From Daphnia carinata (Eukaryota), in assembly GCF_022539665.2 (NCBI RefSeq), contig NC_081332.1, forward strand, positions 744,001 through 808,000: a stretch of DNA of 64,000 nt, in the 5' to 3' direction. Position numbers and translations under genes: made by a program. A model generated the notes under the pieces. It worked only from the letters and a program-made list of their open reading frames with translations, was not told the DNA's origin and did not search any database. The stretch's first letter is position 1; the number at the start of each line of letters is the position of its first letter. Shown here piece after piece: positions 46,809 to 60,599 of this stretch.

Positions 46809-49800
46809 ACCGAATTGATTTGATTATTCGATTCATCCTCCTAACAATCGCTCCTGCCATTCTTAGGATTGTCGCATTTTGGCCCAGCAGGGAACGTAAC
46901 ACAGGGGCGTTCCTGCATTGAAAAAATACGAGTCATTTTTCTTTCCCATCTTTACGCATAAACATTTAGAACTACGAAAAGGTCAATCATCCTGGTAAAT
47001 TTTTTCTGAGTACCGGAAACATGTCAAATATCCATTGCCAACAACTTGTCGATAGGAACATGGCTGGAACATGAAAATACTCGACCTTTTTACTCTTCTT
47101 TCGGTAAATGACCGAAATCTACAACGAAGAATCAGGTCGAGAGCTGACACAGTGTACTTGTCACTTCCAAGTCATCACTCAATGGTTGAAAAGATTTCTC
47201 GTCACTATGCACAACACACTGTATCCTAAACAGATTTGCTTAAAAACTTTTTTGAGGTATAACAGTAAAAAAATGGGCTTCTTTCTTGCCTTTTCTGCCA
47301 TGCTATCAGCCCGATAAATGGAAGAGGTAGACAAGAGGCCAGCAGGGAAAGTCTAAAGATACAAATTGATACAAGCAGCAGTACCTCAAAAATTCTCAGC
47401 TAGATTTTCAACAGCTTGACGACAAACACCATCCATCAAGGTTTCTCCAGTTTCTGCAATTTATTGTTAACACATGGTACATTATTGTTCAGCAAAATAA
47501 GTGCCTTGTATAATATACCACTACTGAACACTTTTGAGCTGATGATACCTGATATTATCGCTTTCCTTGGTCTGCAAAGAATCTTGGATGTGAAAGTGTA
47601 TGCATCTTTGGTTCAATGAAATGAAACAAAACAAACTCATTAAGTTATACCAAGAAAATGCTATAATATAATTAGTATGCAAACCTGTCTAGAATCACCA
47701 GCAAATTCAAAACATCCGGAATCCCAGAGACGAATAAATGCACTTGACACGTCGATATCGGAAAAAAACGTGTAGGATGGTGTCTTCTTTGACTTCCTTT
47801 CAGCAGCAGCACGGATGTAGACAAATGGAAATCAGTGCACACCATCCATCAATCAATTGCACTTGTGTGTTCCCTCCTGCATCACTCGTCTATTCAATGC
47901 GATTGTAAATGCCCATTTTCTTGTGAAAAATGAAACTTCATTTCGCAGTTTTTCGGCTCCGCTTTTATCGAGGGCTGCACATAACATTTGTCGAGTGAGC
48001 GTCTAGCTGTGCGATCAACAGCTTTCGAGAATCATGGAATTGTGTTCTCTTTCTTTGTTTTCCACCGCTCTGCCATATACAATAACTCAAGCCACACTAT
48101 TCTGCATAAAGAGGGAAAAAAAAACAAGGTTAGGAATAGTCTTTGTTGTTCCCACTGAAGAATTAAAGACAAAACTTTTCTCTTAGTCGATGCAGTATTC
48201 ATATAATACAAGCCGTTTATCTGAAATGATGGTAGGATTCGCTGAAGTTTGCGGCACAGCACGTCAAATAATTAGCCATAAATTCAACTTTCATTAGATG
48301 CATAATGATCTCTTTAATGATAATTTAATCTTGAATAAAAATATCTTTATTCTACTTGAAATTAACCACAATCCTCTGATACACACACATTCCAACATCC
48401 TTACCCTCACAGAAAGAGACTAGTCAACAAACAATACACTAATACTTAGGCTACAAACTCCAAGTAATGTATTGCCAATTAAAACGTAAATAGGCTACAT
48501 TCAAACATGGCGGCTTCCCCTACTCTATGTTTGCAATTTCAAACACGATCATTTATATTAACAGGCGTAGGCTTATAGCTTGTCGTGTTGAAAAACAACC
48601 GATAATATTTGCTCCGCGTTTTGACGGCTTGTTTTACTAGTTAAACCTTCTCCCATAGAAGTTATTATTTCACAATCATCTGCAGAATTATCCGTTGAAT
48701 ACAGTTCATTTTTTAAAACTACGAAAACAATAACAGTTTTCCGTTAAACCTTTTCACATCTTGGCTTGGCATTGCTACAGTAACCATTTCAAGTTAAAAA
48801 ATTGTGTTCTTTTAGCAACTAAGAATTAAAAAATGTAAATTGGATTCATAAAATTATCCAGATTCTTAATTTTTAAGATTCTGAAATATTACATTTATCT
48901 TTTTGTTCGTAAGTTACTATTTCCTATTCAAAGTATTGAAACATGACCCAACCCAAACGCACAAAACACCGGTTTTGTTATGTTCATTTAATAAAAATTA
49001 AGTTTTCGTGTAACAAAATAGCACGTTTGAAAAGAAAACAATATTAAGTAAACTTGATTGAGTATGAATTCGTCGTAAAAAAATTAAAAATTTAAGCCCT
49101 ACTATTGTTAAACACTGTTAAAGAGTTGAAATTGTCACCATCGGTGTTTTGCAGCGGATGAACCTATATATAGCCACGGTTTTTTCTCTACAATTCTTTT
49201 TATTTGCTGGCGCCCTGGATGTTTTTTGGTAAAGTATATTTTGTTTTAGAGGTTCGTTGAGCAAGAGTGGTGAAATTAAGTTGGAACAATCGTAACAGAT
49301 GAACAAGTGTTTTCAAGTTAGGTAGGGTAGCGCACAAGCGACTGAATTTTTGTATGTTCATTTTGTTGTAAGAATCTCCATGAATCTCTTACATAATAAT
49401 GAACTAGGCGGAAATTCAGACGTATTGTTGAAATATAACTAACATATAAGATTAGGAAAAGTTCGTCGAACAAAACAGCAGATATCTGCTGCAGCATCAT
49501 AAGCGTAATGGCGAGGTATTGGCTGTTTGATGTACGAACTCGTTGGTAGTATCAAAGACGATTGGACACGTTATTATGTAACCAAAGAGCGCGAAGTTAA
49601 AGGTGATGACACATTGACCAGTAGAACAGCTTGTCTCCATCTTTCTCTTTCAGATATAATGAGAAATATGTAACGTTACGTAGACAGAGTTGGTTCTATG
49701 TATATTTCCCGTGTTGATATATTCAGTCAGGTAGCGTTAAATAGAGCAGATGACCAAAGTTGACAACAATATACAGCCAGGTGTTAAACTCTACACGTAT

Positions 49801-50689
49801 GAACTGTGACAGCAGCCAAGACGTTTTAAGTTCGTGTGCAGCACTCATTACTTCCTAAGCCCGCGAAGAATATTGGTCTATTCCGTCCTCCGCTCTTTCA
49901 CATCCATTTCGCAAACATTAATTTGGTAGCCATGGAACAAAACGATAGACGTCGAGATGTACGTTCTATCGCCCAGGTTTTTTTAATTTCTTTGTTAGAA
50001 CGTTTGCTAGACCCAGGTATGGGTCTATCACTAGGGAGTCCCCTGCCCGGAAAATTAGAGAATTAGGATCGAATGACAATGTAACCTGAATACGTGGAAG
50101 TGAAAATCTGGCAAACTTATTAGCATTTTTCTTTCTCTGTAAAATGTAGCAGTTATTGATTGATTGTGCTTGAGGAAAAGTTGTTCTTGAAAATTGTGTG
50201 CTGCCATGGTTATGAAGTATGCGAAATGGAAGTGAATAAGGGGATGTAATTAAGGCGATGAATTTTTGAGGTCGTGTAATTTTTCAAATAATATTACATA
50301 TTCCGTATACGTCAATTGTGATCGTGCAACCGGTTGTTTTGAGCACCTTTCTCAGCGATTCTGTTTTTCACGTCTCATTTGTTTTAAATTTGCCGTTCTT
50401 TGTAAAAGTGTTGAATATCTAGTATTTATGTTACAAAATGTAATACACTGATTGGAGTGGAAAGGGTGAAGGGGGGATAAAAAAAACGTAATCAATTGGC
50501 TCGATTAATTTTAAAAAGAATGTTATTAAATCTTGCTCTTTGGATTTTTTTTTCTATTTAAAAGAGTTACTTAAATTATGTGGATTAATATTGGGATGTT
50601 AATTTTATCGTGCGGTATGTATGAATGGTTAAATAAAAAACAACCACAAACTAACCAGGTAATGATTTATTAATTAAGTTTCATTGATT

Positions 50690-51040
50690 GATTCATTGGA
50701 GAATTGATATTATTATTTTAAGTAAAGGTTCTGGAACCGACTACTGCACCAACTTTTAATTTAACTTGTTTTAAATTATTATATAAGAATAATATATTTT
50801 TATATTATTATTATTTTAATAACTCAAAAACCATCATGTCTACATACAAACAAATTTCATATTCATGATTCTTATTAAATTTACAATCTAAATGATGTAT
50901 AGTTATCTAGTTTTATTGATATTATTTTAAGTAAAAGTTCTGGAACGAGCCAAAACACCAACTTTTATATTTTAAATAACTCAAAAACCTTGAAGTTTAC
51001 AAAAAAAAACAAATTTCATATTCATGATTTTTGAAAATGA
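50690..51040. repeat. AT-rich tandem repeat, about 2 units of 160-180 bp
   Basis: Recurrent ATAACTCAAAAACC..TACA..CAAATTTCATATTCATGATT and TTTAAGTAAA.GTTCTGGAAC. Confidence 0.8.
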
Positions 51041-51359
51041 AAACAAACTTTGAATAATACAACGTTTAATAACATAACTTTTTTTAAATGTTTTCCGTTT
51101 TCCAATATGCAACGTTGCTGGAGGGGGTCGCTTGCTTCTGAAGTACCTGACTCATTCCCGCATTTTTCGCCGCCACTGTGGTCGATGCATTCGCCAGAGA
51201 TTGTTTGCCGCGATTCTGACTAACTAACAATCGTCTTTGTTAGAGACTTTTGTGCAGGTATTGCTTTTGGTCTTAGAACATTCTGGTAATATGTTTGTGT
51301 ATATGTTGGTCCAAACATAATTTCTAAAGTGAGTGATAACGGGATAATTGTGTTTCGTT

Positions 51360-52390
51360 TAGGTTTTGAATGCGCGGACAAATTTGACGAAGGTAGTTTT
51401 ACTCAGTAATTGTTGATGGAAGTGGTCAAGCAGTGAGCTTCCTGCCCGGGATGTTTCAGAAATAGAACTGAAAGGGTATGTAATCTGAATACGGAGAAAT
51501 GGAGTAATTGGCAAATTAGATAACATTTTTTTTTTCTTGTAAAACGAATTTGCTAGCTGTCAGTGATCGATTGTGCTCTAGGGAAATGTGTATTTCAGAG
51601 TTTGTCGTCTTAAAACCATGGCTTTGAAGATAATGATTACAAAACAAGGTAAGTGTCTTCTTGTATTCCTAGTGTGATAACTTTAAAATGGTTTTACCCC
51701 TAGTGTCATGAAGCTGGCCACTACTCGAAAGGCTGCCCGAATCTGTTCAGTGAATTGACGGAAGATGGAAAGCCTCATGAACAATACATTCTGGAAGCTG
51801 TGACATACAATGAAAAGGAAATGTTTAAGGGCATTGTCTGTTGGGAGTGCTTTAACAATTTTGATAAATTTGTCCTTCAGGTAAGCCATTTCTGGAAACT
51901 GTGTTTTGCGATTTGCTTTTATTTATATATGTATTTTGCTTTAGGTTACAGGAAAAGATGTACCACAATACATCACACCATTCGAAGAAGCCTGCATGCG
52001 CCAACTACTACTTCAAAGCATTAAAAATTCTGGCTACATAAAACCAACATGTGTTCAGAAAGCTTCAGTTACAGGTATTCTTGGCAAAAGATATTGAATT
52101 GCTCGTGCTGTCACGGGCTCCGGCAAAACAGTGATCCAATTAATTAACACTTACTAATTTTGAAACCTGGATGTCCTCATACTGACTTGATTCAAAGGGT
52201 TTGGAGTGAACTGGGTAAGTTGAAGTAAAAGTAGTTTTGAGTGGGCACGCTGGTAATTGCGACTACTTAAAGGTCCATTTGCATCTAAGGTATTTAACAA
52301 ACCTTTTGTGATATTTGTTGATTAAGTCATCTAAAATTTAACAATTTTTCATGCGGGTGGCGTACTTGGAACGGTTTTGAACATTGTTAT
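51360..52390 (+). pseudogene. vas: vasa-like DEAD-box helicase fragment A (CCHC knuckle, Q motif, motif I)
   Basis: CHEAGHYSKGCP knuckle; PHEQYI..NEKEMFKGI..FNNFDKFVLQ|VTGKDVPQYITPFEEACMRQLLLQSIKNSGYIKPTCVQK..GKRY*IARAVTGSGKT. It has an in-frame stop, a mutated next acceptor and is truncated at about 52390. Confidence 0.8.
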
Positions 52391-52694
52391 TGGCAATTTA
52401 CTTAGTTTATTGGCATTTTACTTAGTATTGAAATTAAATCAACTTTAAATGGACAACTTGATGGCCAAAAGATAAATAAACTATCGGAATGATCCATGTT
52501 TTTATTTTTTAATCAGTGAGGTCATATCGTCATTTTTTGATTTCGTGAGAGATCAACAATTAAACTTCAAGAATTTTTATCAGAAAGTGTCCCCAAACAG
52601 TATCGCCATCTATTGGTACGACATTCAGTTGAACCATTTTAGACTCGGCTAAGGACCATGTATGTTTAAAGTAATGTTTCGTTATTGTTTACTA

Positions 52695-53400
52695 ACAAAA
52701 AATTTCATATTCATGATTCTTATTAAATTCAAAATCTAAATGATATACAGTTATCTAGTTTTATTGATATTATTTGAAGTAAAAGTTCTGGAACGGGCCA
52801 CTGCACCAACTTTTATATTTAAATAACTCAAAAACCATCAAGTCTACATAAAAACAAATTGCATATTCATGATTCTTATTAAATTTACAATCCAAATCAT
52901 GTATAGCTATCTATTTTAATTGATATTAAGTTTAAAGTAAATGTTTGGTATCGGGCCTTAAATTTCTATCATACCAACTTTTATAATTTTAATAACTCAA
53001 AAACCATCATGTCTACATAAAAACAAATTTCGTATTCATGATTCTTATTAAATTTAGCATCTAAATCGTATATAGTTATCTAGTTTTATTTATATTAACT
53101 TTTTAATTAAAAGTCGGGCTTGGTGTTTTGTCGGGCCTTAAATTTCTATCGTACCTACTTTTATATTTGAAATAACTCAAAAACCATGAAGTCTACATAA
53201 AAACAAATTTCATATTCGTGATTCTTACTAAATTTACAACCTAAATCATATACAGTTATCTTGTTTTATTGACATTATTGTTTTGAAGTAAAATTTGTGG
53301 GCTGGGGCCTAAAATGTCTATTGTACCTATATTTATATTTGAAATAACTCAAAAACCATGAAGTCTACAAAAAAACAAATTTCATATTCTTGGTTCTTGA
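52695..53400. repeat. AT-rich tandem repeat, about 4 units of 160-180 bp
   Basis: ATAACTCAAAAACCAT recurs at about 52823, 52992, 53172 and 53344. Confidence 0.88.
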
Positions 53401-53769
53401 AAATGAAACAAAAAATTTTGAATAATACAACGTTTAATTACATTACTTTTTTAAAATGTTTTCCGTTTTTCAATAGGCAACGTTGCAGGAGGGGGGAGGG
53501 GGTCGCTTGCTTCTGAAGTACCGGACTTATTCCCGCATTTTTTGCCGCCATTGTGGTCGATGCATTTGCTAGATATTGTTTGCGGCCATTCTGAAAATCG
53601 TCCCTGTTAGAGACTGTTGTGCAGATATGGCGTTGGATCTTAAAACATTCTGGTAATATGTTTGTGATAATTCTTCATTATCCTACTGCTACTTGCTTGG
53701 CTAATTGTCTTTTTCAGAATTCTTCTTGTCAGATTTGATTATCCGATTTTTGAGAAAATAGAAAAAAAA

Positions 53770-54630
53770 TCTAAGGGCATCGTCTGTGGGAAACGCTTTA
53801 AAAATTTTGATAAATTCGTCCTTCAGGTAAGCCATTTCTCGAAACTGTATGTTGTGATTTAAAAATATCCATTGGGTCTGCTTTAGGTTACAGGAAAAGA
53901 TGTACCTCAATACACAACACCATTCGCAGAAGCCTGCCTGTGCCATCTACTACTTCAAAGCTTTAAAAATTCTGGCTACATAAAACCAACAAGTGTTCAG
54001 AAAGCTTCAGTTACAGGTATTCTTGCCAAAAGATATTTAATTGCTCGTGCTGTCACGGGCTCCGGCAAAACAGTGATCCAATTAATTAACGCTTACTAAT
54101 TTTGAAACCTGGATGTCCTCATACTGACTTGATTCAAAGGGTTTGGAGTGAACTGGGTAAGTTGAAGTAAAAGTAGTTTTGAGTGGGCACGCTGGTAATT
54201 GCGACTACTTAAAGGTCCAATTGCATCTAAGGTATTAAACAAACCTTTTGTGATATTTGTTGATTAAGTCATCTAAAATTTAAGAATTTTTCATGCGGGT
54301 GGCGTACTTGGAACGGTTTTGAACATTGTTAGAACAAGGTGTTGCTGCTACGTCTCATGCCATGGAGCAAAAGCCAGAAGTTGTAATTGTCGCACCCACT
54401 CGTGAATTGGCCATCCTAATTCACCGCGAGCCGTGTAAATTCTCCTACAGTTCGCTTTTGAAGTCTGTGATTATGGAGGAATTGTCACGAGCTATCAGCG
54501 GTCAAATGTTCTAGCTTGGTGTAATATTATTGTCGCGTCCGCGGTGCGATTCAAGGATTTCGTCGACCTTGAGTAGGAGTATTTGTCTTCTCGGGAGTCA
54601 GGTTTTAAATTTTGGACGAAGATGATCTAA
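53770..54630 (+). pseudogene. vas: vasa-like DEAD-box helicase fragment B (Q motif to motif II), fused to repeat X
   Basis: VTGKDVPQ..SGYIKPTSVQK..AVTGSGKT; KPEVVIVAPTRELAILIHREPCKFSYSSLLKSV; CNIIVASAVRFKDFVD; ILDEDD; frameshifts and stops; no C-terminal helicase domain. Confidence 0.85.
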
Positions 54631-57378
54631 ATCATTTGGGGATGAAGCATACCTGATTTTGAACACCAGAAGAAGACGATTAGGAAAGTCAAGTAATACC
54701 AAAAGCGCTGCTAGCAAGGTCTAAACTATATATTGCGTAGATCAAATGGAAGATGATTGCTCAAGTACACAGTGACAGGAAACGGCTCGGTTTACCTTGA
54801 GGTATGAAAAGATCAGATTATAAGGTTGGTATATTCCGACATACGGTACTGGCATGAAGTACATCAGGAACAGTAACGTATGCAAAACAACTTAAGCTAC
54901 CGAGATGGTATTCCTTTGCCAATATGTTCCGACATCTGATAGTTTTGGATCGCCAGATTGGTCTAATAAATTGGCATCACTTAATATAGTGGTGCTATCA
55001 AATACCGGGGCGTAATGGCGGTTTCGTATTGAACAGCGGCTGTAGAACTTGCCATGCCGAAATCAAGTTCTGTGCAAATCGTAACCATTTTAAACGGGAC
55101 GTGAAACAGTGATATCTAGCGGGGGGAAGTAAGGTACATGGAACGCCATCTTGTGGTCAGTACTAAAGCTTGTAGTGGATTAAGTCGCATGCCATTGTGA
55201 CAAAAAACCGAATGAGGATTTGCAATCACGGTGTAAACCTTTTTGTTTTACGGTTTGCAAGGAAATGACTCGGAAATGGAAGTTATGTGAATATCTATGT
55301 TCAACAACCATTTGTTAAGTCCCAGTAGGTAAGGGAAATTTAATTTGCATTTTGTAATTTTTTACCAGTTTTTTGCTGAGTGAACTAGCAGTTGTGTAAA
55401 GTTATTCAAGATAATTGCTAATGGTAGTCCCAAAATCAGAAGAATTTTGTCAGACATCTTTTCTACGTGAACTTTTAAAGGTCTTGTTATACCAAAGGAC
55501 GCCCAAAGGAGAAATCAGGCTTCATTAACAATTGAAGTAGTTGACATTTACAATTCCAATGTTAACATTTAAATGTGATTGTATTTTCTAATTGATTTAA
55601 CAACCTGGTTGCAAACATTTAGCCATTGTGTTGCAATGAATGTATTTATAATCCAGGCTTTAACACTCCTAAATGCCAAGATACACATTTGTTTCTACGC
55701 TGAGACGTTAAAGCTGACAATGATTTGGTCAATTTTTTAATGTTTGATTTAAGTACCATTGTAGATGTATTCTCGTTAGAAGTAATTGTAATGTCCTAAA
55801 TGTGATGTTATTTAGTGACAATGGTATTGTATGAAGCTTATCATTTATTTTTTATTTATTTGGATTAAGCAACCACCTTTCGATACTTAAAGGCGAGGAC
55901 CGAATGGCACCTTTACTTGGACTGGATCGGACCGTTGTTTGGTCGAATGGCTAGCAGCAAATTTAAACTTTACGTAGGTTAAACTTAATTTATCTGCTCG
56001 TTTGTTGTTTGTTATTCTAAAAAACTACCCTCTTTATTCGACAGGTATTCGTTCGTGCTAATTAAACTATTGTTAATATGTGCGGGACGCATGAGGGTTT
56101 GTCTTATCAACTCATAAATGATGAGGTAGCGGAAAAATGGTTTTAGAATATAGTCAAAATTTAATGCTGATTCCGAGAAAATTGCTATTTTTTCATCACA
56201 TGGACCGTTTTGGAAATACATAGGATTAAATAACTTTGATGTGTCACGCTAGCGCTGTAGCGTACTGGCGCGCCAGTAGTTTTTAAATTCGGTATTTTTC
56301 CAAAACGGTTGATGTTATGAAAAAAAAATAGCCATTTTCTCGGAATCAGCATCAAATTTTCAGTATATTCTGACATTTTCAAGCAATTCCAACAATGATC
56401 AATTTTTGACGGTTTTTGAGGCAATTTTCCCACGGTCATTTTCTTTGTTTTTCTCCATTTTGTTAAGTTAAATGTCAAATCAAAGCCCATATTCGTGATC
56501 AACGTTCAATTTCGAATCGGAATAATGTATTTAAAACTAAATTAAGCAAGGATTACGAAAATTAATATCTTTCACACGTGAACCTTATTGCATTTGAAGT
56601 ATTAAAAGTGGAAGTTGCTACAGACCTAACCCTAGCACCGGACGATCGCTGAAACCAAATGTAGAAAACTGAATATCATACCAATAGGTGGCTATAGTGT
56701 TTGGGAGACCGTCTGCAGTAGAAATTCCTGAAACGAAGTTGTTACATTTTATTCGACGCTTAATACTGTTAAATACTATTATTTGGTGCTAACATACAAT
56801 TTAACGTAAAAATGTTGAGGATATATTTTAAGTGCATTTGCCGCTATTACACTCATTCGTATCATTTTCGCAGACGACTATGTCGGGCTTATTTTGTTTT
56901 ATTTATGTGCGACTTTCATTTTTGGTTTTATATTAAAATAAAAGATGGCGCAGATGAACCTATGTTTTTTTAATGACAAGTGAATCAGCAGTGAACTGTG
57001 AAACCCGTGTCTGATTATTTGTTTTATGTGTTACATTCCCAAGAAAAGTATAATAAAATCTCATGGTATGGTTCCTATTTTCGAGTTTTCATTCTTCTGT
57101 GTACTTCAAGTGAATCACATTAAATGGATTATATCTGTGCAAAGATTAGTCAGGTGTCAGCTGCCGTAGCCACAAACTTCTGCAACTTATTACTTTACTT
57201 TCATCATGCTATTCGATTGTTCGTTGATAGGTATTCAATTTATATTTTGGCAGTCAGAATGCAATGCTTATGATTCTGCTTTTAAAATGTAGCTCATGAA
57301 ACTTAAATTGCAAAGATGCTGACGGTGAAGGAAGGTCATAAACAACACAAGTCAAATGTGTTGGAACACCATAATTTC
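54353..57378. repeat. Left arm of a large inverted duplication (54353-55712 with 62630-64000; 56903-57378 with 61967-62450)
   Basis: The reverse complement of the window end (TCATGCCATGGAGCAAAAGCCAGAAG..) matches from about 54354. The second block TTATGTGCGACTTTCATTTTTGG..CATAATTTCA matches 62450-61967 reversed. Confidence 0.9.
56145..56371. mobile_element. Fold-back segment with ~75-bp imperfect inverted arms, probably part of a non-autonomous DNA transposon in the left arm
   Basis: AAATTTAATGCTGATTCCGAGAAAATTGCTATTTTTT..ACCGTTTTGGAAA pairs with TTTCCAAAACGGT..AAAAAATAGCCATTTTCTCGGAATCAGCATCAAATTT. It lies within a 1.2-kb stretch absent from the right arm. Confidence 0.55.
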
Positions 57379-58289
57379 ACCTTTCATACCATTCATACCA
57401 GTAGATGGCTATACTGTTTGATGGTCGTCTGCCAGTATAAATTCATTGTTTACCACATGTAAGCTTGCAGCATTTTTGTTATGATGGCATGTAATCTAAG
57501 TTTTGTAATTTTAGGTGATGGCATTCGCGTTACGTTTAAGTCAAGACCTACTGTACAATGGGATAAATTTTTCGTAGAATAAGTATCTCCTAGAGCTATG
57601 TGTTGCAGTATCATGCTGATGGTAAAATGTGTATTCAATTTTAAATAACTTTTGAATTTCCTTCTCCGTATGTGCAGTGACGTGACAGGACAGGTTGGTG
57701 GGGTTATCTAGGGATAAACCTTTCCATTCTCCCATCCAATCTGTGAAACAGCTTTGATTGTTCGTTATAACTACACCAACATTCCCTACGTAACCCAACA
57801 ATACAAAACTTACCATTGTAAACCCGAAAGATAACCAGCCATCTCCTTGTTTTAATTTGGTTTTTGCATAGTATCTTGCTGTGCGAGAGAAAACTAAAAA
57901 GTTGTGTCTTAAATTGAATTCGCCGTACATTTTGAAATGTGTTGCAACGTTGCTTGAGTTTTGCGAACCGCCATCAGTCGCCATTTGCTAGTTCATTGTC
58001 GTGTGTGAAACTTGTGGTGTGCATCTGACGGGCGAAATTTTGGAAACATCAGGCAGAATTGGTAAAGTAATACTTGAGTGAATGTTTCGTCAAGCAAACA
58101 TTGTTAACCAAAGACATTGATTCTAATTCTAACAAAAACATTGTTCCACAAGAAACTTTAATTTGAGAATACCTAATGATATTTGAAACTCCTTTTCAAA
58201 TTACAAAATGAATGGCACATTATTAAGAAAAAACTATAAGAAGTAATACTTTTCATGCTGAGTCATTGTTTGTTTCTTTCTAAATTTTA

Positions 58290-59560
58290 GGGAATATCAC
58301 AAGTTGTGAACAAGACATTGTGGTGTCTTTGCCATCATTCTCTCATCTCGATGCCAGATTTCCATTAAGAAGGATCATAAATGTGTGGTAATATCATTCT
58401 TCCATATTCCACTATTGCATTATTCTTTTCCATTAGTTTCATCTCATACCATGAATGCAAGAAGAGTTTATCTGCTTGCGATCATGGACGGTAACTCGTG
58501 TCCTTAAAAGTAAGCACGACAGGCACATGGAGATATTGGTTATTGCTTCCTTCCTTCTTTTTAAAAAAGGCATCAAGTCAAACTGCTCAACCCTGCAGTC
58601 AGGCTTTGTGCTTTTTTAAAATTAGAATTTATGAAATAAACAAAGCTTGTCATTTCAATCATGTCAGGATTGTGGAGACAAACATTGTGGTTCATTTCCT
58701 TGGTTAGGCAAGGCGTTCAATAATCCTTGGTGTTACAACAATTTTTAAAATCATTTTTAATAAAAAAATTTTCATTCACGACATTTGCAGATCCTGAGCA
58801 CTGAGAAAAGATTGTTGCTGATATAGAGTTTTGTAAAGATGGATCCCACAGTCCACGACAGAAAGAAGTAGGACAGAAAATTCCATCTTCATCGAAAAGG
58901 GGAGGTTTGCATTTTAAGGTTAGGTTAGAAACAAAACAACAATAAAACTGTTTGCTGTTACCACCTTTTATACATTGTTATCACAAATAGGAGTAGTACA
59001 TATTGGCAGCCATGTAGCTATGTAGTTGCTTTGAAGAATTTTTTCCCTTGTCTGGTGATTGGTTGGTAATGTTGCCCATTCTATTGTTAACTTTTTTCTC
59101 TAGGTTAATGTTATAAAACATTTATTTTAGGACTTTGAATACCTCCTATCCTTATAGCCATGGAACACGTGACATTGACTCCATTTACACTTGAGGAAGC
59201 AATAACGAACATATTTGCAACAAGTATTATTTGTGACCATAAAACCAAAAATTGTTTATTTTTTAAAGCACCTATATTTAAAAGACATCTAGCGGAGGAA
59301 TTGCTTGTTACTGAGTACTCTACTGAACTGTCAATTTGTTCGTTGTCAGGGGGCTACATCGAGTTGGTTGCCTCGCGAATTGGAAATGTTTTGCCGAATT
59401 CCAGGATATCGCCAAGTGTGCCATCTTGTCACAATCGTTTTTCTCCTTAGGATATTACCAATGTGCAGTTGAATTCTAAAGGGTAAAAGCACAAGTTCTT
59501 GGTGAAAACTTGTTGTGCAACATACCACGCCATTAATAGCTTATTGAAAAGTTATACTTT
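58290..59560 (-). pseudogene. Possible degraded RING/zinc-finger gene
   Basis: Broken minus-strand frames with Cys/His patterns: VVCCTTSFHQE, WLPICTTPIC..CIKRW, KCKPPLFDEDGIFCPTSFCRGLWDP and ISPCACR. Confidence 0.3.
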
Positions 59561-60599
59561 GTTTCCAGGTTTTGTTTGATATGCTATATTTAAAGAACTG
59601 ATGTTGGCACCAGCTTGATGGAAAAAAGTCATTTCCAATGTGGTAGGAGATTTATTTAGAATTGCATTAACTTTCTACTTAAACACGAGAACTTTTGTAG
59701 GGCGCAGGAAACTTGGATTTATTTGGTGATAGAGTCGGATGGTTTTTCTGAAGTTGCAGTTTGAAACAACCTTTCAAAGCCTAAATTCATCTTCGTAGAA
59801 AGGGACTTGTAAGTAAACACGAAGCATTTGTTGCTAACTGTATCTAACCTACATAATTTTCTGTTCCATAGTTAATGTTTTTTTTTTTTTAATAAAGGTT
59901 AAAAGTAACACTGGCTCTGTAAATGTTCTTGGTTTGGGGCAAGACATAGAATAAACTGTGATTATTGGATGGAAGACATGGAATTTCTACACTTAATTCA
60001 TGTTCCCCAAACGGTATTTAAAATTCAAAAATTGAAGTGCATATCTGGGCTCCCTACCTTTCCGTAGCCCCGTTTCCCCTTGACTCATAATAAGCCCGTA
60101 GGGGGTCATGCCCCTACTGTACGGTATATATAAAAATAACATATACCGAGGTTTGGAGGGCTCTGGCCGGAAAGGGGACGTGGGGGTCCGCTTAGTCCGA
60201 TGATGTGTTCACGGAGGGCGACGTGGCTACCCACAAATCCGAACTAAAGGTTAATCGCTCCAGTAAAAATGTTCCAAATCTTCGGCTCTTCTTCCGGCTT
60301 CTCTTAGCCAATCACCGGGTAATCTCCCGGTGGGTCAACAAGGCAGTGTCTCCCCCTGCCTGGGTTGACGGCAACTTTTGAAAGGGCTATTGTGCCTTTT
60401 TAAAGTTGCAAAAATAATTGTAATGTGCAGAGAATTGTCAATAAATTTCTTTTTATAAAATATTTTTCGCAAAATTTGTTTCATTTCGCTTTGTTCACAC
60501 ATTATATTTATCAAGTTTTGTAAATTTAGATTGCAAATTTGATCTTTATTGAATTTGCCACCTTTGATGGTAAGCATTGTTTTCATTAATTATTCGTTT

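Noticed and set aside
52695..53400. CRISPR-like repeat-spacer array
   Set aside because: Eukaryotic context, and the ~170-bp units are similar along their whole length with no unique spacers.
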